Part shown: positions 18,033 through 26,065 of the stretch, piece after piece
How the letters are laid out: every line of letters begins with the position of its first letter
Position numbering within the stretch: the stretch's first letter is position 1
DNA from: a bacterium
GTDB taxonomy: Bacteria; UBP7; UBA6624
Direction of reading: 5' to 3'
DNA length: 32,000 bases
Assembly (NCBI GenBank): GCA_002716355.1
Contig: PBAU01000003.1
Location: 270,001 to 302,000 of the forward strand
The notes under the pieces: generated by a model
What the model was told of the DNA's origin: nothing
Databases searched by the model: none
The model's input: the letters and a program-made list of their open reading frames with translations, nothing else
Position numbers and translations under genes: made by a program

Positions 18033-20782
18033 TAAATAATATGCATTTTCAAAACCGCAAAAACATCAAGATCAACAGAAACAGAAAAATCCCTTCTAGA
18101 GCTCCTTACATTTTCAAGCTTTGCCAAATCCTTTTTTAATTTTGAACTCTTAGTCAATATGCTGGTTCTTTCTTTTTTTAATTTAATTAATTCGTTCTTT
18201 TGATCTTCGTTTAAATCATGGTTTTTAGAAAGGCTCATGACTTTGATATGAATCTTATTAAATTCCATCTTGTAATCATCAATTGCATCAGAAATTCTTG
18301 ACTTTAAATTATTGAATCTAAAATCCTCTAATTCAACTAAGTGTTTAAAGGCATTCTTTTTTTTGCTTAAAAAAGTATCTTCGATCGAATCTATTTTATT
18401 AAAAAATGGCTCAAGAGAAAAATCATCAGAAATTCTGCATGGTATTTCAGCTGGCCATAATAAACTATCAGGGATTTTATCGAGAATCAAAAAGTCATTC
18501 GAATCTGTCAGAATGACAAAAACATCCTCAAAATTCTCTTTCTTATAGCTCCATCTTATTTTTGAAAAAAAAGCCACACAGCAATTAGATAATGTATCAA
18601 AACCTATTTCTTTCAAATCGCTTCTTTTGAAAACTGAAAATGACAAAGGAGACTCAGTGACATCTTTTATAGATGAGGTTAAGAATGGATGGTTAATTGT
18701 TAGATAATCAATCCAAGTTCTTGACAGTGCAATGTCTTTTGAAAAAGTTCCTCTGATTAACTCTGGAAAGAAACGCAATGAACCTTCTTTTAAAAAGTGA
18801 GGTATTGAAAACTTCAATTCAAAATCATCTGAGTCCTTAAGGCAATTGTATTTATCCAAAAACTCAGAAAAAGCAAGTTCAACTATTTCACCATCATTAA
18901 AAAACTTTATATTTTCTAAATTGTTTAAGTTTTCTGGCCTCAAGTCAATACCACTCTTTGCAAACGATGACTCTAATGATTTGTCTACTTTTTTTATTGA
19001 AGAATCCAATGAAGAGTCTAATTTTTTTAATTTTCTTTTACTACCATAAGAATCAACAAAAGCTTCCATCACCACTGATTCAGGATCGTTCTCTGATGCC
19101 ATATAGCCTAAAATTGTTTCCAGCTCCCCAATAGTATTTTTGAATAAATCTAATTTTTTTTCTAAAATTTTAACCAAGTGATCCTCTATCGTTTTTTTAG
19201 CAATCAGATTTACTATAAGAACTTCTTTCTTCTGTCCCAATCTATGCACCCTTCCTATTCTTTGCTCAATTTTCATTGGGTTCCATGGAAGGTCATAATT
19301 AACAACAACATTAGCAAATTGCAAATTACGACCCTCGCTTCCTGCCTCTGTGCTTACCAATATTTGACCTTTTTGAAAATTTTCAATTATTTCATTTTTT
19401 TCATGAACAGACATTCCGCCTCTGTAAATTTGAACATCAAAACCTGATTTTTTTAAAATTTCACATATCGTATCTTGGGTTTTTAAAAATTCTGTAAAAA
19501 TTAAAATCTTGGATGTTTTGTCCTTTTTGTACAGCTTTCTTAAAAACCTTAACAAAACATCCATTTTATTCACATCAGAAACGCTTTGACATTCTTTCAA
19601 TATTTCAGATATTGAATCAATCTCCAAATTCAATTCTTTCTCTAGCGTTTTTTTGTTATTTTTTTTCTTAGATATTGGCAAAAAGTCCAACACTTCCTTT
19701 GGATTAAAAGTATTTAAATTGGATTTAATCTCAAGCAATCTTGTTTTTCTTTTTCTCAAACTTGAAACAAAAGAACCTTTACTGCTAGTTAACATTCTTT
19801 GAAGAGTCATAAGATAAAAAATATAAGAAGAATTATTATTTGTGACACTTTTCTTATATCCATTAATGGCATATCTGCTCACCCTGTCATAAAGTTTCAA
19901 ATAATCTTCACTTAACGAAACACCAAGCGTTTCTGCTTTTCTTGGCGGAAGCTCATCAACACCTCTTATATCAGATCGTCTTGACCGAACCATAAGGCTT
20001 TTTAAAATTGACTTCAATGAATTAATGGTTTTTTTATTAAAATTTTTAGCAAACCTTTTGCCCATTTCCGCTATATTTATAGCGTGAGGAGAAACTAAAT
20101 TTACTAAATTGAAAAGTTCAGTAAGTGAATTTTGTAAAGGAGTAGCAGTTAAAAGTAATATTTTTTTTGCTTTTAAAGACTTAACGAACTTGTAATTCAT
20201 CGTGTTTACATTTTTCAAATGATGAGCCTCATCAACAATAACAATATCCCATTGCTTTTCAAAAAAAGAATCCCTGTAACCTTCTCTCTTAGCGTAAGCT
20301 AAAGAGGTTACAACCATGGAATTATTTTTCAAAAATTCATTCAACGAATAGCCAACCCTCCCATCAACAACCGGAATGGTTATATTGAATTTATCTAAAA
20401 GCTCTTCTTTCCATTGCTCTGTTAAACCAGATGGAACAACGATCAATACATTACTAGCCTCTTTTCGCAAGATATACTCAGTTAATATCATTCCGGCTTC
20501 AATCGTTTTCCCCAACCCAACCTCATCAGCCAATATGGCTCTTCCGCTCATCCTGTTGATAACAGTTTCACAAGTAGATATCTGATGAGGGAAAGCAGAA
20601 GTTCTGCTTGAAACAGGAGAGATTAAAACTTTTTTATCAAATTTTCTAGATAAAATTTTTGAAAAAACGCTCAATCTAAAATCCTGGAAAGAGCTATACC
20701 AGCCTTTTTCATCTTTGTTTAAAAATAAATCTTTACTAGCATTGTTGCTAAAAAGTCCATTTGAAAGGCTTTTATTACTCAT
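18032..20782 (-). CDS. SNF2-family (Swi2/Snf2, RapA/HepA-like) ATPase with a long uncharacterised C-terminal extension
   Basis: 916 aa. Helicase motifs are LADEVGLGKT (I), IVDEAHHLKN (II), LLLTATPLQNS (III), STEAGSEGRNL (V) and QRIGRVHRLGQ (VI). Residues from about 560 to 916 match no family I recognise, and they end in a Lys/Glu-rich stretch that looks like a coiled coil. Confidence 0.85.
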   Translation of the reverse strand: MSNKSLSNGLFSNNASKDLFLNKDEKGWYSSFQDFRLSVFSKILSRKFDKKVLISPVSSRTSAFPHQISTCETVINRMSGRAILADEVGLGKTIEAGMILTEYILRKEASNVLIVVPSGLTEQWKEELLDKFNITIPVVDGRVGYSLNEFLKNNSMVVTSLAYAKREGYRDSFFEKQWDIVIVDEAHHLKNVNTMNYKFVKSLKAKKILLLTATPLQNSLTELFNLVNLVSPHAINIAEMGKRFAKNFNKKTINSLKSILKSLMVRSRRSDIRGVDELPPRKAETLGVSLSEDYLKLYDRVSRYAINGYKKSVTNNNSSYIFYLMTLQRMLTSSKGSFVSSLRKRKTRLLEIKSNLNTFNPKEVLDFLPISKKKNNKKTLEKELNLEIDSISEILKECQSVSDVNKMDVLLRFLRKLYKKDKTSKILIFTEFLKTQDTICEILKKSGFDVQIYRGGMSVHEKNEIIENFQKGQILVSTEAGSEGRNLQFANVVVNYDLPWNPMKIEQRIGRVHRLGQKKEVLIVNLIAKKTIEDHLVKILEKKLDLFKNTIGELETILGYMASENDPESVVMEAFVDSYGSKRKLKKLDSSLDSSIKKVDKSLESSFAKSGIDLRPENLNNLENIKFFNDGEIVELAFSEFLDKYNCLKDSDDFELKFSIPHFLKEGSLRFFPELIRGTFSKDIALSRTWIDYLTINHPFLTSSIKDVTESPLSFSVFKRSDLKEIGFDTLSNCCVAFFSKIRWSYKKENFEDVFVILTDSNDFLILDKIPDSLLWPAEIPCRISDDFSLEPFFNKIDSIEDTFLSKKKNAFKHLVELEDFRFNNLKSRISDAIDDYKMEFNKIHIKVMSLSKNHDLNEDQKNELIKLKKERTSILTKSSKLKKDLAKLENVRSSRRDFSVSVDLDVFAVLKMHII

Positions 20783-20812
20783 ATTTCAACTCTTAATGCT
20801 AACATTTATTAA

Positions 20813-22510
20813 TTGAAAACTGTTAAAAAAAGCTTAAGAGAGAATGTTTTAGTAAGCAGGCTCAGACCCTTTAAGGAGTCCAAGCTGTTTATACTCTTGC
20901 TCTCTTCTCTGCTTGGAATGTTTGCCGGCTATCTTTCAATCATCTTTAGAAAAGCAGCTAATTTTGGGACGTACTTATTTGAATCCAGTCAAAAAATTGG
21001 AAATTTTTCTTTTGCAGACTTGAGTATTTATATACCTATTTTTGTTTCAATTATATTTGTCGCCATTTATGCAAATACAGCCTTTTGGGGTGCTAGAGGT
21101 TTTTCAAGCATACTTAAGGCTGTTTTTAAAACTCATGGCCATCTTAGCCTTAATAACTCATTCAAAAAGCTTGGGTTATCGCTTTTGTCGATAATCGGAA
21201 AAGGATCTGTTGGAAGAGAATCAATGATAGCACAATGCTCAGGTGGTTTTGGCTCATGGCTTGGAAGAGTCTTTCACCTTAACTCAAAAAAAACAGTTAG
21301 GCTTATTGTTTCATCAGCAGCTGCAGCAATAGCTGCAACGTATGGAGCCCCTATTGCAGGTATATTATTTGCAATAGAACTTTTAGCTGAAGAGGTGCAT
21401 GTTTCTCTTGCTCCTATGATTGTTGCCTCGCTAAGCGCTAGCCTGATTGTTAAAAGTTATGGATTAGACCCTGTGATAGACATAAATACATGGACCCATG
21501 TGGCAGGAAAAGATTTATACATATTTGCAATTCTAGGTATCTTAAGTGGTATGTTTGGAGCACTGTATTCGCACGCTTCAAATATAGCTTCAAAAAAATT
21601 ATATGAAAAAAAATTCTCCCCATTGATTGCTGGTTTCGGAATTTTTGCCTTACTAATCTATCTTCCGGATTTAACAGGAGGAGGTTACGAACAAGCTTCA
21701 TCAATGATCCAATCAAACTCAACCATCAATGAAATGCTTGTTTATGCACTAGGGAAAGCGTTAATAACAATTCTTTGTATTAATTCTGGCTGGGCTGGAG
21801 GCCATTTTGGACCAATATTTTCAATAGGGATTGCGCTTGGCTTAATTTTTGGTGCAAAATTTTCATACATAAGCGCGTCTCTTGCTATCGCTGGCGCAGC
21901 AGCTCTTTGTGCATCAATAACACATGCCCCTCTTGCCTTAATAATACTCACATGGGAGATGACAGATAGTAGTGATGTTTTTATCCCGGTAACTATCTGT
22001 GTAGTTGCAGCTATACTTGTAAGAGATTTTTTCAACGTAAGAAACCTTTACGAATCACCTTTAATCGATCTTCTTTCAAAAAAAACAAATAAAAAAAATC
22101 AAAAAACCATTAAAGAAATAATGGAAAAAAAGCCTGAAACTGTTAATTCAGATCAAAAAATAAAAGATGTTTTGTATTTAACAAGAACGAAAAAACAAAC
22201 ATATTTTCCTGTTTTAAAAAATGAGAGACTGAATGGAATAATAACAAGAGCAAATGTTTTACATGCTCTTGAAGCAGATTTGCATGGGAAGATAAACAAA
22301 GAACACCTAAACGATAAAGTTGGAAGATGGAAATCTTCTATAGAGGAAATATTAATAATAAAAGAAAATGATCTTGTAATTGACACAGCTCATAAAATGC
22401 GCGTATCCGGAATCAACATATCACATCTCCCCGTAGTAAATAACCTAGAAGAAATGAAAATTGTTGGGGTTTTGCACAGTGAAGATGTTTTAAAAGCTCT
22501 AGATGTTTAA
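20813..22510 (+). CDS. ClC-family anion channel/transporter with a C-terminal CBS domain pair
   Basis: Present are GKGSVGRESM (GREGP-like, gating Glu kept), GAPIAGILFAIE, GWAGGHFGP (GxFxP) and HAPLALIILTWEMTD. About 140 aa of C-terminal CBS-like sequence follows (..PVLKN.RLNGIITRANVL.. / ..LPVVNN..KIVGVLHSEDVL). The start is a TTG only 30 nt from the divergent gene, so it is uncertain. Confidence 0.85.
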   Translation: MKTVKKSLRENVLVSRLRPFKESKLFILLLSSLLGMFAGYLSIIFRKAANFGTYLFESSQKIGNFSFADLSIYIPIFVSIIFVAIYANTAFWGARGFSSILKAVFKTHGHLSLNNSFKKLGLSLLSIIGKGSVGRESMIAQCSGGFGSWLGRVFHLNSKKTVRLIVSSAAAAIAATYGAPIAGILFAIELLAEEVHVSLAPMIVASLSASLIVKSYGLDPVIDINTWTHVAGKDLYIFAILGILSGMFGALYSHASNIASKKLYEKKFSPLIAGFGIFALLIYLPDLTGGGYEQASSMIQSNSTINEMLVYALGKALITILCINSGWAGGHFGPIFSIGIALGLIFGAKFSYISASLAIAGAAALCASITHAPLALIILTWEMTDSSDVFIPVTICVVAAILVRDFFNVRNLYESPLIDLLSKKTNKKNQKTIKEIMEKKPETVNSDQKIKDVLYLTRTKKQTYFPVLKNERLNGIITRANVLHALEADLHGKINKEHLNDKVGRWKSSIEEILIIKENDLVIDTAHKMRVSGINISHLPVVNNLEEMKIVGVLHSEDVLKALDV

Positions 22511-22551
22511 ATGTTCGTTAATGCGGAATTTTATTTTACAATTTCTATCTT

Positions 22552-23814
22552 ATGTCATTGCTTATAAAAAGATGGATTTGGATAATAGGTGTTATTTCAG
22601 TATTCAGCATTGCTCCTATTTTAAAAATTGCAGATAACAAAAACCCTCTTAGCTTAGGTTTGGATTTATCTGGAGGTGTGGACATATTGATAAAAGTAAT
22701 ACCTCCACCTGAAGAAAATCTGGATGAAATTGTTCCTGGTGTAGTTGATGTCATGTCGAAAAGACTAGACCCACAAGGAGTTTTATCAATATCAGTACAG
22801 CAAGTATCCGAAGACAGGATAAATATACAGGTTCCATCTTCATCTGGGGAAAGCCCGGAAAGAGTGCGAAGACTTATAGAGCAATCTGCTCATCTCGAGT
22901 TGGTTGATACCGGTTTTGTGTCATATCTAGCAGGATCAAAAGCCTGCAGAAACGATGGTCAAAGTTATGAAAATTGCGATCTTGTATACACTAAAGATCA
23001 AGTTGTTATAGAAGGTGGAGACCTTAAAAGAGCAACAGTTTCACCAAACCCAAATGGTGGTTGGCAAGTTGATTTTGAACTTAGTGAATCAGGGTCAAAT
23101 GCTTTTGCAAGACACACAGCTTCACATATATCTCAATATTTAACAATAGTTCTTGATGCTAATGTTGTGTCAAGTCCAATAATCAATTCTGCAATTTTTG
23201 GCAATGGAAGCATCAGTGGAAGCTTCAGTATAGAAGAAGCAAACGAACTTGCCTTGCTTTTGAATGCTGGAAGGCTGGATGCAGATATAGACATATTAAA
23301 ACTTTCTTCTGTTGGAGCTGCCTTAGGCAAAGACTCTTTAGAAAAAAGCATCAAAGCAGCATGGATAGGTCTCATCCTTGTTGCCATATATATGCTTGGA
23401 TGCTACAAAAGAAGAGGTGTTGCTGCAGTCTTCTCTTTAGTAATATTTTCAAGTATTCTTTTTAGCTTATTTAGCAGCCTCAATATAACTTTAACACTTC
23501 CGGGAATAGCAGGTTTAATTCTTTCAATAGGAATGGCTGTTGATGCAAATGTTATTATTTTTGAAAGAATAAAAGAAGAGGAGAGATCTGGAAAAAGTGG
23601 ACTTTTGGCACTAGAGGAAGGTTTTTCAAATGCATTATCAGTAATAACTGATGCAAATGTCACAACATTCCTAATTGGTCTTGTGCTGTACGCTCTTGCA
23701 ACTGGACCTGTTAGAGGTTTTGCAGTAACCCTTTTAATAGGCATAATGGTTTCTGTTTTTGCTGCCCTGGTTGTAACTAGAGCCATTATGGAGACATGGG
23801 AAAATAATGAATAA
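22552..23814 (+). CDS. secD: Protein translocase subunit SecD
   Basis: 420 aa. An N-terminal TM is followed by LGLDLSGGVDILIKV, a periplasmic P1 domain, and a C-terminal 5-TM bundle (LPGIAGLILSIGMAVDANVIIFERIKEE). Confidence 0.9.
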   Translation: MSLLIKRWIWIIGVISVFSIAPILKIADNKNPLSLGLDLSGGVDILIKVIPPPEENLDEIVPGVVDVMSKRLDPQGVLSISVQQVSEDRINIQVPSSSGESPERVRRLIEQSAHLELVDTGFVSYLAGSKACRNDGQSYENCDLVYTKDQVVIEGGDLKRATVSPNPNGGWQVDFELSESGSNAFARHTASHISQYLTIVLDANVVSSPIINSAIFGNGSISGSFSIEEANELALLLNAGRLDADIDILKLSSVGAALGKDSLEKSIKAAWIGLILVAIYMLGCYKRRGVAAVFSLVIFSSILFSLFSSLNITLTLPGIAGLILSIGMAVDANVIIFERIKEEERSGKSGLLALEEGFSNALSVITDANVTTFLIGLVLYALATGPVRGFAVTLLIGIMVSVFAALVVTRAIMETWENNE

Positions 23815-24703
23815 AGAACTAAATTTTTTAAAAATGAGCAAAATTACAGTTTGGGTAAGTTTGTTAATTTTAACCATGGGTATATTTTCAATGATCCAAA
23901 ACACAAAGACATTCAAAATGGAAAAAGCAGATGGGACAATATCCTCTCTGCCTTTAAATCTAGGTATTGAATTTACGGGAGGAAGCGTTTTTGAGGTTAA
24001 CCTAGGGGAAGAATCGTCCACTACAGAATTACGAGAATTACTTTCTGAGAGCCTTACCAAAAACCCTCAAATCCAAAAAAGCGGCGATGTTTACATTATA
24101 AGAACTGAATTTATATCAAACCCTGATGAAATTTATCTTTTACTAGAATCAAAATACAAAAATTTCAACAAGGACGAAGATGTTTCTTCAGAAAGAATAG
24201 GGCCTTTATTTTCTCAAGAGCTTGCAAAGCGTGCTTACCTAGCAACATTTATAGGAATGTTGGTTATCTTGCTTTACATCAGCATCAGATTTAGTTTCAT
24301 CTTTGCACAAGGAGCATTAGTAGCACTTGTTCACGATATACTTTTTGTTCTGAGTTATTTTGCAATATTCAAAGTTGAAATAGGCTTGCCATTCGTGGCA
24401 GCAATTCTGACAATTCTTGGTTATTCAATCAATGATACTATAGTTGTTTTTGACAGGATAAGAGAAAACATGAATAAACTCAAAAATGAGAAATTTTCTA
24501 AAATATGTGAAACAAGCCTCTGGCAAACGCTTTCAAGAACAATAAACACCACTACAACAACACTTCTTGCAATAATGGCTATACAAATATTTGGAGGAGC
24601 CACGCTTAAACCCTTCACAACGGCTTTGATAGTTGGATTTATAGCAGGAACATATTCTTCAATCTTTATTGCAACACCTTATGTAAATTCGAAACAAAAA
24701 TGA
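23807..24703 (+). CDS. secF: Protein translocase subunit SecF
   Basis: 298 aa. Motifs LGIEFTGGSVFEV and GYSINDTIVVFDRIREN are present. It overlaps secD by 8 nt. Confidence 0.9.
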   Translation: MNKELNFLKMSKITVWVSLLILTMGIFSMIQNTKTFKMEKADGTISSLPLNLGIEFTGGSVFEVNLGEESSTTELRELLSESLTKNPQIQKSGDVYIIRTEFISNPDEIYLLLESKYKNFNKDEDVSSERIGPLFSQELAKRAYLATFIGMLVILLYISIRFSFIFAQGALVALVHDILFVLSYFAIFKVEIGLPFVAAILTILGYSINDTIVVFDRIRENMNKLKNEKFSKICETSLWQTLSRTINTTTTTLLAIMAIQIFGGATLKPFTTALIVGFIAGTYSSIFIATPYVNSKQK

Positions 24704-26065
24704 ATGTCTAAAAAACAGCAAGAATTCAGAAAAAAATTACTAAAATATTGGAATATAAAAGAAGAAGAAGATGAACAAACAAGAGTTCCTTCCCTTTCAA
24801 CATTAACAAAAAAAATTCCACCAAATACAAAAAAATTCGTCCAAAGAATGGTGAAAGCCTCTCAGAAAAAAGAAAATATACTTATTTTTGGTGATAATGA
24901 TCTTGATGGCTGCATGAGTGCAGCAATACTTTTAGACTCAATTCAAAACATTGGATGCAATGCAAAGGTAATATTTGCTAAACATCATCATAATGATGGA
25001 CCTGGAATCAGGATGAAACATATAAAAGGAAATTTAAAAAATATTGACATCGTAATAACAATAGATTGTTCCGTAAGGGACAAAGAAGCAGTTGATCAGC
25101 TTGCAAAAAAAAATGTAGATTTATGGACAATAGATCATCACCCTTATCAATTCGGAATCAAAGAACAATGTGTAAACTGTACTTTTGAAGGAGAGCATTT
25201 TAAATACTACTGTGCAGCTGGATTAGCTTTTCGAATATCATTAGAGTTGCAAAAAATAAAACAAGATAAAACCAAGATCAAAAACCATCTTATTGGATGC
25301 ATGCTTGCAACGATAGCAGATCATGTTCAATTAAGGGAGGACAATAGAGCAATAGTCATATGTGGAATCCAAGAATGGTTCAAAACAGATCTTCCAGTAT
25401 TTAAAATATTACATTCAGAAAATAAAAACGATATCGGAAAAAATTTCCATAATATAAGAAAAAAAGCTGTCTCTCCTTTAAATTCTTGTCCTAGATATGA
25501 TGACCCTTATACAACAGTTGAATCAATATTCTGCAAGGATGAAAAAAAAGCAATCAGCATAGTTGAAAAAATCAAAAAATATAATTCAAAACGAATAAAT
25601 GAAGCAAAAAAAATGACCTCCCTGATGGAGGGGCAATCTTTAAAAAAAGACTGCATAAACGTTTTTTACAAAGAAGGCTTTTCAGCAATGTACGTTAGTC
25701 AAATTGCAAGCAGGATATCTTTTAAAGAAAATTTACCTTCTGTAATTTTTGCAAAATCAAACGATGGATGCCTAAGAGGCTCCGCACGAAGTCCTGATGG
25801 ATGTGAAATAAGAGATTTAGTCATTGAGGCTTTAGGTGAAATTGCAATAGACATAGGCGGACATCCGCAAGCATTTGGCTTAACAATAAAGGAGTCTGAC
25901 TACAAGGAAGCAAAAAAAATTATAGAAAGTTTAAAAATAAAATTTAATAAAGAGATTTACCAAAGCATAGATTTAAATGGTCTTCCATTAGAGGAAGCTT
26001 TAAATATCATAAAAGAATACGAACCTTTTGGTTCGGCTTTCAAAAAACCTAAAATTCATGAATGA
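24704..26065 (+). CDS. recJ: Single-stranded-DNA-specific exonuclease RecJ, catalytic core only (DHH/DHHA1)
   Basis: Motifs GDNDLDG (I), ITIDCS (II), TIDHHP (III, DHH), ATIADHVQL (IV), DNRAIV, GGHPQAFG (DHHA1) and the terminal EPFGSAF. The ORF ends where RecJ homologs continue into an OB-fold domain. The start abuts the secF stop (TGAATG). Confidence 0.8.
   Translation: MSKKQQEFRKKLLKYWNIKEEEDEQTRVPSLSTLTKKIPPNTKKFVQRMVKASQKKENILIFGDNDLDGCMSAAILLDSIQNIGCNAKVIFAKHHHNDGPGIRMKHIKGNLKNIDIVITIDCSVRDKEAVDQLAKKNVDLWTIDHHPYQFGIKEQCVNCTFEGEHFKYYCAAGLAFRISLELQKIKQDKTKIKNHLIGCMLATIADHVQLREDNRAIVICGIQEWFKTDLPVFKILHSENKNDIGKNFHNIRKKAVSPLNSCPRYDDPYTTVESIFCKDEKKAISIVEKIKKYNSKRINEAKKMTSLMEGQSLKKDCINVFYKEGFSAMYVSQIASRISFKENLPSVIFAKSNDGCLRGSARSPDGCEIRDLVIEALGEIAIDIGGHPQAFGLTIKESDYKEAKKIIESLKIKFNKEIYQSIDLNGLPLEEALNIIKEYEPFGSAFKKPKIHE

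Noticed and set aside
21742-24060. Long antisense ORFs inside ClC, secD and secF (21742-22035, 23133-23387, 23403-23786, 23734-24060), plus similar ones elsewhere (4527-4802, 13354-13620, 13780-14049).
   Set aside because: They lie opposite well-supported conserved genes, have low-complexity translations with no recognisable motifs, and lack starts with ribosome-binding sites. They are typical shadow ORFs of the somewhat GC-richer genes.
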